From assembly GCA_002269645.1 (NCBI GenBank), contig NIVC01000353.1, positions 496,001 through 560,000 of the forward strand: a stretch of DNA of 64,000 bases, in the 5' to 3' direction. Source of the DNA: Macrostomum lignano (Eukaryota). Position 1 is the first letter of the stretch. Each line of letters opens with the position of its first letter. The notes under the pieces were generated by a model. The model did not search any database and was not told the DNA's origin. It was given only the letters and a program-made list of their open reading frames with translations. Made by a program: the position numbers and the translations under genes. Shown here piece after piece: positions 40,801-53,256 of this stretch.

Positions 40801-41685
40801 AGGGATGGAGACAAAGGAGAGAGAAGTGGAGAGGGATGGAGACAAAGGAGATAGAAGTGGAGAGGGAGAGAGACAAAGGAGAGAGAAGTGGAGAGGGAGA
40901 GAGACAAAGGAGAGAGAAGTGGAGAGGGATGGAGACAAAGGAGAGAGAAGTGGAGAGGGATGGAGACAAAGGAGAGAGAAGTGGAGAGGGATGGAGACAA
41001 AGGAGATAGAAGTGGAGAGGGATGGAGACAAAATAGAGAGAAGTGGAGAGGGATGGAGAAAAAAGAGAGAGAAGTGGAGAGGGAGAGAGACAAAGGAGAG
41101 AGACAAAGGAGAGAGAAGTGGAGAGGGAGAGAGACAAAGGAGAGAGACAAAGGAGAGAGAAGTGGAGAGGGAGAGAGACAAAGGAGAGAGACAAAGGAGA
41201 GAGAAGTGGAGAGGGATGGAGACAAAGGAGAGAGAAGTGGAGAGGGAGAGAGACAAAGGAGAGAGACAAAGGAGAGAGAAGTGGAGAGGGAGAGAGACAA
41301 AGGAGAGAGACAAAGGAGAGAGAAGTGGAGAGGGATGGAGACAAAAGAGAGAGAAGTGGGTAGGGATGGAGACAAAGGAGAGAGAAGTGGAGAGGGAGGG
41401 TAATGGGAGAGAGAGATGTACAGCTCGAACCTGTGCAACATAGGAAACTCAACAAAAATTAGGAGAGGTTAGATGATAACAGCATTCGTAACAAAACAGA
41501 GCCACGGTACCCCCCCCCCCCCTCAGCCTCACCTGAGCAAAGCTGAGACCTGAAGGCTGGCAGCAATGGAAATGATGTCCGGGACTAAAGGTGAGGACAG
41601 CGTACAGGACCAGCAGACAGGCGGATCCCAGCACGAACAGGCTGCTGGACAATAGCAGACAATTTGACAATCGTTTGATTGACAT
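37880..41685 (-). CDS. Divergent tetraspanin-like protein, about 320 aa; exons 41685-41533, 39981-39586, 38293-37880
   Basis: Phase-0 joins at GTGAGG/GTGAGC donors and CAG acceptors; four TM segments; large loop LQTELNCSGW (CCG-equivalent) with four Cys; long basic tail. Confidence 0.8.
38475..39075. repeat. Inverted pair of 13-bp (GGGGAATCCGTTA)n arrays with a spacer of about 175 bp
   Basis: Left arm 38475-38775 and right arm 38950-39075 (CGGATTCCCCTAA)n are reverse complements. Confidence 0.88.
39080..39495. repeat. 30-bp minisatellite (GAGTCAGGGGGAATCACGAGGAGGCCACAA)n
   Basis: Read directly. Confidence 0.94.
40020..41410. repeat. 31-bp purine-rich minisatellite (GGAGACAAAGGAGAGAGAAGTGGAGAGGGAT)n filling tetraspanin intron 1
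   Basis: Read directly. Confidence 0.96.
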
Positions 41686-42239
41686 CTTCCCCTGTTTCTA
41701 TTCAATTAAGAAATTGAAATGCTATTGCGGTTGAATTTCGGCAAGCATTTTCTTGAGCTGCTCGCAGTAAAGCTACCAGGTATTTGGTTGTGGAAATGGT
41801 TTGTCACCCTATTGAATGCATGCAGTGTGGGCCTATGCATAATATATAAACATATTGCACTGCAAGTCCTTATCTACAATCTTACATAGCAGTCGTGGCG
41901 CCATGGGTAAGAGAGTTGCCAACATGCGTTGCAAATAGGCCTTAAATGTACACGTCTGCCGCGACCAGGAAATTGAAAATCTTTTTTGCGCAATTTGCGT
42001 GTTTTAGGCTTGAATTAATTGTACGTTTAAGCTCGTGCATACAGTGCTTTGGCCTTGAGAGTTTCGTCACGTGTTTTGCAGAAGAAGAGCGCTGCTTTCT
42101 TTCTGGGCAATAAGTGCTTTATGCCGAAACTGAAACTGCCTGATTATACAGTTTTATCTGGGACTTTCCACAAGACTGATTTAAGTAATTTTAGTAGCTT
42201 CTGATTGTAACTTGAAATGAAACTATATAGCAATTAAAT

Positions 42240-44742
42240 ATAAGACAGTGGCGCCATAATAGTAGACAGTGGCGCCATAATAAGAGACAGTAGCGCCAAC
42301 CTACATGTAAGAGACAGTGGCGCCAACATACATGTAAGAGACAGTGACGCCATAATAAGAGACAGTGGCGCCAACCTACATGAAAGAGACAGTGGCGCAA
42401 ACCTACATGTAAGAGACAGTGGCGCCATAATAAGAGACAGTGGCGCCAACATACATGTAAGAGACAGTGGCGCCATAATAAGAGACAGTGGCGCCAACCT
42501 ACATGTAAGAGACAGTGGCGCCATAAGAAGAGACAGTGGCGCCAACCTACATGTAAGAGACAGTGGCGCCATAATAAGAGACAGTGGCGCCAACCTACAT
42601 GTAAGAGACAGTGGCGCCATAATAAGAGACAGTGGCGCCAACCTACATGTAAGAGACAGTGGCGCCATAAGAAGAGACAGTGGCGCCAACCTACATGTAA
42701 GAGACAGTGGCGCCATAATAAGAGACAGTGGCGCCAACCTACATGTAAGAGACAGTGGCGCCATAATAAGAGACAGTGGCGCCAACCTACATGTAAGAGA
42801 CAGTGGCGCAAACCTACATGTAAGAGACAGTGGCGCCAACCTACATGTAAGAGACAGTGGCGCCAACATACATGTAAGAGACAGTGGCGCCATAATAAGA
42901 GACAGTGGCGCCAACCTACATGTAAGAGACAGTGGCGCAAACCTACATGTAAGAGACAGTGGCGCCAACATACATGTAAGAGACAGTGGCGCAAACCTAC
43001 ATGTAAGAGACAGTGGCGCCAACCTACATGTAAGAGACAGTGGCGCCAACATACATGTAAGAGACAGTGACGCCAACCTACATGTAAGAGACAGTGGCGC
43101 AAACCTACATGTAAGAGACAGTGGCGCAAACCTACATGTAAGAGACAGTGACGCCATAATAAGAGACAGTGGCGCCAACCTACATGTAAGAGACAGTGGC
43201 GCCAACCTACATGTAAGAGACAGTGGCGCCAACCTACATGTAAGAGACAGTGGCGCCAACCTACATGTAAGAGACAGTGACGCCAACCTACATGTAAGAG
43301 ACAGTGGCGCCAACCTACATGTAAGAGACAGTGGCGCCAACCTACATGTAAGAGACAGTGGCGCCAACATACATGTAAGAGACAGTGGCGCCATAATAAG
43401 AGACAGTGGCGCCAACCTACATGTAAGAGACAGTGGCGCAAACCTACATGTAAGAGACAGTGGCGCCAACCTACACGTAAGAGACAGTGGCGCCAACCTA
43501 CATGTAAGAGACAGTGGCGCCATCCTACATGTAAGAGACAGTGGCGCCAACATACATGTAAGAGACAGTGACGCCATAATAAGAGACAGTGGCGCCAACC
43601 TACATGTAAGAGACAGTGGCGCCAACCTACATGTAAGAGACAGTGGCGCAAACCTACATGTAAGAGACAGTGGCGCCAACATACATACATGTAAGAGACA
43701 GTGACGCCAACCTACATGTAAGAGACAGTGGCGCCATAATAAGAGACAGTGGCGCCAACCTACATGTAAGAGACAGTGGCGCCATAAGAAGAGACAGTGG
43801 CGCCAACCTACATGTAAGAGACAGTGGCGCCATAATAAGAGACAGTGGCGCCAACCTACATGTAAGAGACAGTGGCGCCATAATAAGAGACAGTGGCGCC
43901 AACCTACATGTAAGAGACAGTGGCGCCAACCTACATGTAAGAGACAGTGGCGCCAACCTACATGTAAGAGACAGTGGCGCAAACCTACATGTAAGAGACA
44001 GTGGCGCCAACCTACATGTAAGAGACAGTGGCGCCAACATACATGTAAGAGACAGTGGCGCCATAATAAGAGACAGTGGCGCCAACCTACATGTAAGAGA
44101 CAGTGGCGCAAACCTACATGTAAGAGACAGTGGCGCCAACCTACATGTAAGAGACAGTGGCGCCAACATACATGTAAGAGACAGTGGCGCCATAATAAGA
44201 GACAGTGGCGCCAACCTACATGTAAGAGACAGTGGCGCAAACCTACATGTAAGAGACAGTGGCGCCATAATAAGAGACAGTGGCGCCAACCTACATGTAA
44301 GAGACAGTGGCGCAAACCTACATGTAAGAGACAGTGGCGCCAACCTACAGGTAAGAGACAGTGGCGCTAACATACATGTAAGAGACAGTGGCGCCATAAT
44401 AAGAGACAGTGGCGCCAACCTACATGTAAGAGACAGTGGCGCAAACCTACATGTAAGAGACAGTGGCGCTAACATACATGTAAGAGACAGTGGCGCCAAC
44501 CTACATGTAAGAGACAGTGGCGCCAACCTACATGTAAGAGACAGTGGCGCCAACCTACATGTAAGAGACAGTGGCGCCAACCTACATGTAAGAGACAGTG
44601 GCGCCAACCTACATGTAAGAGACAGTGGCGCAAACCTACATGTAAGAGACAGTGGCGCAAACCTACATGTAAGAGACAGTGGCACCAACCTACATGTAAG
44701 AGACAGTGGCGCCAACCTACATGAAAGAGACAGTGGCGCCAA
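42240..44742 (+). repeat. 2.5-kb composite minisatellite of 27-bp (AAGAGACAGTGGCGCCAACCTACATGT) and 21-bp (AAGAGACAGTGGCGCCATAAT) units
   Basis: Read directly; shares the AAGAGACAGTGGCGCC core with arrays at 2003 and 37083. Confidence 0.97.
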
Positions 44743-44769
44743 ATTTTTGTACTAATGTACTAATTTAAT

Positions 44770-44892
44770 TGGCCTACTGGGGGAATTGCTGAAATGTCAA
44801 GGCTTACTGGGGAATTGCTGAGATGTCAAGGCTTACTGGGGGAATTGCTGAGATGTCAAGGCTTACTGGGGGAATTTCTGAGATGTCAAGGC
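44770..44892. repeat. 30-bp repeat (GCTGAGATGTCAAGGCTTACTGGGGGAATT), about 4 copies
   Basis: Read directly. Confidence 0.9.
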
Positions 44893-45319
44893 AAATATAT
44901 ATAGGATTCACAGAAATAATTTTTCGCTCTTGCTTATTGGGCGCCCCGAAGGGAGGCACTAGATTGCAATTTCTGTACTAATTTAATTTGGCCGAGCTAC
45001 TCAGAAACTTTGGCTGACGAGAACTGTTTGTATAAAAAATAGCGCACATTATATTGAATCGGTTAAATAATTGAAACTCGATATTAATAAATCTTCTACG
45101 CGTGAATGGTCAGATTTGTGGAAGTTTCACGCAATTCAAATTGTTTTGTATCGTTGTCATGTATTTGAAAAGGAAAGGCAGATCAATAAAGACATCTAAA
45201 TCTGAAAATTGCTAATAGTTGCTTACTAAAAACAGTTAACTTGGCATGAAAATTAGTAACTGCAAACTCGTGGAGTGCCTCAGCTCTCTGCCTAAAGCTA
45301 GTTGAAAACCCTCCTACAG

Positions 45320-47496
45320 TTAAAGCTTCTTCCAAGCCTCAACTTCTTCTTGCGTGCCCTCCGGCGGCAGCTGCACTTCGAATCGAAACGGTTCACCAGT
45401 CCGTAGCTGCGGATTCACGTACCATCGACCATTGACTCCGTCAACAAAGCAGTCAAGATGAGGCAGCTCAAGCAGTTTAGGCAGAGATCGCACCAGAAAA
45501 TAGCTCAAGCAGGATGTGTCCACCGCTGCACTGGACTGGGTCAGGTTGACAATCATTTCTCGACGCTCGTAAACGTGTGGATGCATTTCCTGTTAAAGAT
45601 AAATAAATGAGTTCAGAACATTAGTAAATGACAACTAAGTAACTTATACTCCGCAACATTGAAAAGTCGCCACTCTTTGCCCCAGACGCGTCCATCGCTG
45701 TGTTTGGGGTTCGGGTTCGGCCACCCGGTTTTTCGGGGTTTTCAGGGCCTTGCACAAATATCTCTTTTAAGTTAGCTTTCAGCCAGTTTTGCGGGAGCAC
45801 GAGATTTACCCGCAGGTTTTCCCACCAAGGTTTTCCCGCAGGGGTTTCCAGTCGGAACTTCAAGTCAAATCTAGTCTGCAGACTATACTAGACTAGATTA
45901 GAACTAGACTAGACTGGATTAGAACTAGACTAGACTAGATTAGAACTAGACTAGACTAGATTAGAACTAGACTAGACTGGATTAGAACTAGACTAGACTA
46001 GATTAGAACTAGACTAGACTAGATTAGAACTAGACTAGACTGGATTAGAACTAGACTAGACTAGATTAGAACTAGACTAGACTAGATTAGAACTAGACTA
46101 GACTAGATTAGAACTAGACTATACTAGATTAGAACTAGACTAGACTGGATTAGAACTAGACTAGACTAGATTAGAACTAGACTAGACTGGATTAGAACTA
46201 GACTAGACTAGATTAGAACTAGACTATACTAGATTAGAACTAGACTAGACTAGATTAGAACTAGACTAGACTAGATTAGAACTAGAATATACTAGATTAG
46301 AACTAGACTAGACTAGATTAGAACTAGACTAGACTAGATTAGAACTAGACTAGACTAGATTAGAACTAGACTAGACTAGATTAGAACTAGACTATACTAG
46401 ATAAGAACTTGACTAGACTTGATTAGAACCAGACTAGACTAGATTAAAACTATACTACGAGTAGATTAGAACTAGACTATACTAGATAAGAACTTGACTA
46501 GACTTGATTAGAACTAGACTAGACTAGATTAGAACTAGACTAGACTAGATTAGAACTAGACTAGACTAGATTAGAACTAGACTAGACTAGATTAGAACTA
46601 GACTATACTAGATAAGAACTTGACTAGACTTGATTAGAACCAGACTAGACTAGATTAAAACTATACTACGAGTAGATTAGAACTAGACTATACTAGATAA
46701 GAACTTGACTAGACTTGATTAGAACCAGACTAGACTAGATTAAAACTATACTACGAGTAGATTAGAACTAGACTATAGTAGATTAGAACTAAACTATACT
46801 AGATTAGAACTAGACTAGACTAGATTAGAACTAGACTAGACTAGCTTAGAACTAGACTAGACTAGATAATAACTTGACTAGACTTGATTAGAACCAGACT
46901 AGACTAGATTAAAACTATACTAGATTAGAACTAGACTAGACTGGATTAGAACTAGACTATACTAGATTAGAACAAGACTATACTAGATTAGAACTAGACT
47001 AGACTGGACTAGATTAGACTAGACTAGATTAGAACTAGACTAGACTAGACTAGACTAGACTAGACTAGACTAAAATAAAGATTGAGGTGTTTTTTCGTTG
47101 GTTTGCTGCGCACGTTTTTGTCTGCCTGCCGAGCTATGACTCGAATGGACTAAAAATTATCACCCGTCAAAAGCGCTTCATGACTTTTCATTTGAGTGTC
47201 CAAGTATTATTTTCGACGATTCTTATCAAAGATCTTTTATTTGAACCTAGACTTACCAGATGATCCAGGTTCTTCAACTGCTCAGAGTTGACACTGTAGA
47301 CCTCCCCAGTAACCCGGTGACCCTGACCGGCATAGGGAAGCAAGAATGGAATATTATACCGACTGGCAATCACCAGAGGATAAGGCTCCTTAGTAACCGC
47401 GGTTCCAATAAATTCGGCGTCGGTTAACAGGCGATGATTAAAATTATCGCGCTTCAGTGTGCCATACACGAATACCAGATGCTTGTCCGAGGACAT
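45320..47496 (-). CDS. GGACT: Gamma-glutamylamine cyclotransferase-like paralogue 1, 169 aa; exons 47496-47257, 45589-45320
   Basis: VFVYGTLKR..NH, EPYPLVIASRYNIPFLL, VTGEVY; phase-0 join LDHL|EMHPHVYERR restores the catalytic Glu motif. Confidence 0.92.
45885..47072. repeat. 21-bp unit built from ACTAG pentamers (ACTAGACTAGACTAGATTAGA)n in the GGACT-1 intron
   Basis: Read directly. Confidence 0.96.
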
Positions 47497-47667
47497 TGTG
47501 CAGGAGACAGTTAGAAGTTCTCTAGATAAGGCATGCAAGTGCATGTTGTTAATGATATCAGAAATTTTAACCTTGACTTATGCACAGGTTCGTTTAAAAG
47601 ATTACAAAATTCTCCATCTTAAGGTAATTTAGCAAGTGATTCAGTGAAGATTTTAGGCTGTGAATAT

Positions 47668-47830
47668 TCTAGACTGTGAAGGTTCTAGATTGTGAAGATT
47701 CTAGATTGTAAAGAATCTAGATTGTGAAGATTCTAGATTGTGAAGATTATAGATTGTGAAGATTCTAGATTGTGAAGATTATAGATTGTGAAGATTATAG
47801 ATTGTGAAGATTCTAGATTGTGAAGATTCT
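47668..47830. repeat. 16-bp minisatellite (TTCTAGATTGTGAAGA)n
   Basis: Read directly. Confidence 0.92.
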
Positions 47831-48221
47831 TGAATTAATTCTACCATTAGGAAGAAGTTAATGAACATGCTTTTTTCAACCAAGCAACTAGCTTTTCTCC
47901 ACTTTAAGTAGTTAAACCGTTTATTTTGCAAACAAAACTTCAACGATGTAAAAACATTCTTCGATATAATTGCAGCGGTAGAAATCGTATGTTAATATGA
48001 AAAAATAGCACAAATCTGATTTACAAGAATAACACAGATATTTAGAATATCAGAATTTACATGTTCCGATTCTAGGCTGAGCATCTGAATACTACAAAAG
48101 CAATGATACCCAGTTTGATGTGGAAGTAGCTTGATATAAACTTGTGTTGAAAAAATTCGATTCAAACTTTAAAACAGGAAATGTTTGCTGTATAATATTG
48201 ACTGGGATTTTAGATGACTGA

Positions 48222-48582
48222 TAGGGCGCCAAATGAAGACAGTTGGGGGCGCTAAATGAAGACAGTTGGGGGCGCCAAATGAAGACAGTTGGGGGCGCCA
48301 AATGAAGACAGTTGGGGGCGCCAAATGAAGACAGTTGGGGGCGCCAAATGAAGACAGTTAGGGGCGCCAAATGAAGACACTTAAGGGTGTCAAATGAAGA
48401 CAGTTGGGGGTGCCAAATGATGACACTTGGGGGCGCCAAATGAAGACAGTTGGGGGCGCCAAATGAAGACAGTTGGGGGTGCCAAATGAAGACAGTTGGG
48501 GGTGCCAAATGAAGACAGTTGGGGCGCCAAATGAAGACAGGGGCGCCAAATGATGACACTTAGGGGCGCCAAATGAAGACAG
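48222..48582. repeat. 23-bp minisatellite (GGCGCCAAATGAAGACAGTTGGG)n in the probable GGACT-2 3'UTR
   Basis: Read directly; nearest minus-strand AATAAA is at about 47918. Confidence 0.94.
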
Positions 48583-48640
48583 GAGCCCCTTTTGCATGGC
48601 AAAAGGAACAAAAACAAACAAAAATCCCAACCAAAAGACG

Positions 48641-49120
48641 TCAGGAAGATGCAGGTTCTTTCCCAGGGTCGCATCCTTTAGGATGCTGCATTTGAGCCAT
48701 GATCTCTTGACGCCGGTTGATGGCGCTGGGGCCAATGATTCTGGGCATGAACGGCAGACCCAGGACGCCGTCGTAATACCTGAGAAAATAAGTAAGACGT
48801 GGCTGTTATCTTGCTGTGCCATCCCGGGATATATTTGCCACTCTCTCTCTCCCTTTCACCATTTTCTCTCCTTCTCAACATACTCTCCCTCTCGCCCCTC
48901 TCTCCCTCTCGCCACTCTCTCCCTCTCGCCACTCTCTCCCTCTCGCCACTCTCTCCCTCTCGCCACTCTCTCCCTCTCGCCACTCTCTCCCTCTCGCCAC
49001 TCTCTCTCCCTCTCACCACTCTCTCCCTCTCGCCCCTCTCTCCCTCTCGCCACTCTCTCCCTCTCGCCACTCTCTCCCTCTCGCCAGTCTCTCTCCCTCT
49101 CACCAGTCTCTCTCCCTCTA

Positions 49121-49217
<97 letters not shown>

Positions 49218-51043
49218 CTCTCTCTCCCTCTCACCACTCTCTCTCCCTCTCACCATTCCCTCTCCCTCTCACCCCTCTCTCTTCCTCTTACCACTCACTC
49301 TCCCTCTGACCACTCCCTCTCCCTATCACCACTCCCTCTACCTTTCACCACTCTCACCACTCTCTCTACCTTTCACCACTCTCACCACTCACTCTACCTC
49401 TCATACCTCACACCACTCTCTTTCCCTCTCGCCACTCTCTCTTCCTCTCACCATTCCCTCTCCCTCTCACCCCTCTCTCTTCCTCTCACCACTCACTCTC
49501 CCTCTCACCACTTTCTCTCCCTCTCACCATTCCCTCTCCCTCTCACCACTCACTCCACCTCTCACCACTCACTCTCCCTCTCACCACTTTCTCTCTCTCC
49601 CTCTCACCACTTTCTCTCTCTCCCTCTCGCCACTCTTTCTCTCCCTCTCACCACTCACTCTCCCTCTCACCATTCCCTCTCCCTCTCACCCCTCTCTCTT
49701 CCTCTCACCACTCACTCTCCCTCTCACCACTCACTCTCCCTCTCACCACTCACTCTCCCTCTCACCACTCACTCTCCCTCTCACCCCTCTCTCTTCCTCT
49801 CACCACTCACTCTCCCTCTCACCACTCACTCTGCCTCTCACCACTCTTTCTGTCCCTCTCACCACTCTTTCTGTCCCTCTCGCCACTCTTTCTCTCCCTC
49901 TCACCACTTTCTCTCCCTCTCACCACTCACTCTACCTCTCACCACTCCCTCTCCCTCTCACCACTCACTCCACCTCTCACCACTCTCTCTCCCTCTCACC
50001 ACTCTCTCTCCCTCTCACCACTCACTCCACCTCTCACCACTCACTCTCCCTCTCACCACTCACTCTGCCTCTCACCACTCACTCTGCCTCTCACCACTCA
50101 CTCTGCCTCTCACCACTCACTCTGCCTCTCACCACTCCCTCTCCCTCTCACCACTCACTCCACCTCTCACCACTCTCTCTCCCTCTCACCACTCTCTCTC
50201 CCTCTCACCACTCACTCCACCTCTCACCACTCACTCTCCCTCTCACCACTCACTCTCCCTCTCACCACTCACTCTGCCTCTCACCACTCACTCTGCCTCT
50301 CACCACTCACTCTGCCTCTCACCACTCACTCTGCCTCTCACCACTCACTCTGCCTCTCACCACTCACTCTCCCTCTCACCACTCACTCTGCCTCTCACCA
50401 CTCACTCTCCCTCTCACCTCTTTCTCTCCTTCTCATCACTCTCTCTCTCTCTCCCTCTCATCACGACTCTGTCTTTCACACCCTGGCCACTCTATATCCA
50501 ATAGATTTCTCATTCTCACTCCATCACCACTTTATTTTTCTTCCACTGGCAGATTGACTCAATCCTCAATCTAACGCCAAACCAAGCCTGAACTGACCTG
50601 GGCACAGTGGGCAGCAACAACAGGTGCTCCCTAGGTCTCTGCAGAAAATAGCAATCACACTCGATAGATCCTGAACCGCCAATGCCAGCCCCGAACTCAG
50701 ACTCTGCTCCAGGAGTTTTAGCCAATTCAATGAGTTCAACGACAATTTTAGCCCGTCTGTACTGCTCAGGGTGTCCTTCGAATTCGTCAACTCTAGTCGA
50801 GTCTCGGACAGCGTACAACTCGCCCTGCACTCGATGACCCCTACCCGGATAGTCCAACAGAGCTGGTATGTTATACTCTGACGCAATCACTAACGGATAG
50901 GGCTTCACGGTTTTTGCAGTGCCCAATAATTTAGCGCCGATTTGTTGCATTCTGAATCCGTTCGGCAGGTCGGATTTCAATGTGCCATAGGTGAATATTA
51001 TTAGAGGCTGATGCTGTTGCGGCTGTTGTTGTTGCGTTTCCAT
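48641..51043 (-). CDS. GGACT: Gamma-glutamylamine cyclotransferase-like paralogue 2, 194 aa; exons 51043-50598, 48779-48641
   Basis: IFTYGTLKS, KPYPLVIASEYNIPALL, VQGELY, VDEFEGHPEQYRR; phase-2 join PR|YYDG via GTCAGT and TTCTCAG. Confidence 0.9.
48840..50460. repeat. 17-19-bp CT/CA-rich minisatellite (CTCTCACCACTCACTCTCC)n plus (CT)n in the GGACT-2 intron
   Basis: Read directly. Confidence 0.95.
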
Positions 51044-51167
51044 GGAGACAGATTGTATGTGTTAATCAGAAAATGCGATTTCAAAAAGTTTTTGGGGATT
51101 TTTTAAGTAGTCGCTTTGCTGACAAATTCAGGATTAGAAAGTGCATTCTCCAGGTCTGTGTGGTGCC

Positions 51168-52366
51168 TCAGTTCTCTATGGCCACTTCAGGAGTTCTCTA
51201 TGGCCACTTCAGGAGGTCTCTATGGCCACTTCAGGAGTTCTCTATGGCCACTTCAGGAGTTCTCTATGGCCACTTCAGGAGGTCTCTATGGCCACTTCAG
51301 GAGTTCTCTATGGCCACTTCAGGAGTTCTCTATGGCCACTTCAGGAGTTCTCTATGGCCACTTCAGGAGGTCTCTATGGCCACTTCAGGAGTTCTCTATG
51401 GCCACTTCAGGAGTTCTCTATGGCCACTTCAGGAGGTCTCTATGGCCACTTCAGGAGTTCTCTATGGCCACTTCAGGAGTTCTCTATGGCCACTTCAGGA
51501 GGTCTCTATGGCCACTTCAGGAGTTCTCTATGGCCACTTCAGGAGTTCTCTATGGCCACTTCAGGAGTTCTCTATGGTCACTTCAGGAGTTCTCTATGGC
51601 CACTTCAGGAGTTCTCTATGGTCACTTCAGGAGTTCTCTATGGTCACTTTAGGTGTTTTCTATGGTCACTTCAGGAGTTCTCTATAGTCACTTCAGGAGT
51701 TCTCTATGGTCACTTCAGGAGTTCTCTATGGCCACTTCAGGAGTTCTCTATGGCCACTTCAGGAGTTCTCTATGGTCACTTCAGGAGTTCTCTATAGTCA
51801 CTTCAGGAGTTCTCTATGGTCACTTCAGGAGTTCTCTATGGCCACTTCAGGAGTTCTCTATGGCCACTTCAGGAGTTCTCTATGGTCACTTCAGGAGTTC
51901 TCTATAGTCACTTCAGGAGTTCTCTATGGCCACTTCAGGAGTTCTCTATGGTCACTTCAGGAGTTCTCTATGGCCACTTCATGAGTTCTCTATGGTCACT
52001 TCAGGAGTTCTCTATGGTCACTTCAGGTGTTTTCTATGGTCACTTTAGGAGTTTTCTATGGTCACTTCAGGAGTTCTCTATGGTCACTTTAGGAGTTTTC
52101 TATGGTCACTTTAGGAGTTTTCTATGGTCACTTTAGGAGTTTTCTATGATCACTTCAGGAGGTCTCTATGGCCACTTCAGGAGGTCTCTAATGATCACTT
52201 CAGGAGGTCTCTAATGGTCACTTCAGGAGGTCTCTATGGCCACTTCAGGAGGTCTCTAATGGTCACTTCAGGAGGTCTCTAATGGCCACTTCAGGAGGTC
52301 TCTAATGGCCACTTTAGGAGGTCTCTAATGGTCACTTCAGGGGGTCTCTAATGGCCACTTCAGGAG
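51168..52366. repeat. 22-bp minisatellite (CTCTATGGCCACTTCAGGAGTT)n between DAW1 and GGACT-2
   Basis: Read directly; variants change along the array. Confidence 0.97.
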
Positions 52367-53256
52367 ATGTTTATTGCTGCTTAAGGTCTCTGCGAAGGCT
52401 TACACAAGAGCGAGTTTTTTGTATTGCATTTCAAGCACAATATAGGGGTTAAATAATAGAACATTTGCCTCATATAACTGTTATAATTTATTGCCAAGCA
52501 AGTCACTATAGCCAACATAGGTAACATATATATTTGTATTTCAGGTCCTCACAATAACAAAAAAAGTTTAAGCGGCAGAGTTATATTAAAAGCCACTATT
52601 AAAGAAGAAAAAATGAAATTAAAGCAAGGCACAAGAAATCAAACAAAAATTCCTAAATAAATTTGTTCACAGCATTGGACGGAACCCAAAATCCTTCGTT
52701 ATTGTGTTATCAATAAAATCTTCTAAAAAAATTCTAAGACGAAAAATGGAATAAATAAAGATTAAGTAATTACAATAAAGGCCACAATTATTATCATTAG
52801 AGTAGTTTAGCTGTTGTAAACTTAATAAAGAGGAAAATTTCAGTGAAAAGTACAGATAATTGAAGTGAAATCGAATTGAATTTAGCGATACAAATTGGTG
52901 CTTAAACTGATAAGCCAAATAGTTAAAATCATAATTTATTTTAGTTTTCCACAATTGACTACAATAAAGAATAACTAAAGAACAACGTTAATAAAACTTT
53001 GTAATTTATCTTGTTTTAATTTCCAAATCAATTCCGGAAAAAAACTACTTTACAGTAAAACACTAAAGATTAAAACAAAAAATGCTCTCCATTGACTTCG
53101 CTACTATCTCTATTAGATTTATAGGCGAGCGAGCGAGCGTTAAAACTACTATTAGTAGCGAAAAAGCAAATTGTTACTATAATTTAGGAAATTACTTTAA
53201 AACACGTAAATAATATTGAATTGAATTAAATTTCAGTCCCAAAACACACAGGACCA

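Noticed and set aside
39982-41455. 550-580-aa Ser/Leu/Pro ORFs and Glu/Arg ORFs
   Set aside because: Read-through of the 31-bp intronic array; only 39586-39981 is a real exon
41890-41970. tRNA-Ser-like start GCAGTCGTGGCG ending in CCA
   Set aside because: No T-loop or B-box and no cloverleaf; only an 8-bp imperfect inverted repeat
42191-44755. ORFs of 361-693 aa (LAPLSLTCR / HVRDSGANL repeats)
   Set aside because: Translations of the 27/21-bp satellite, open in several frames on both strands
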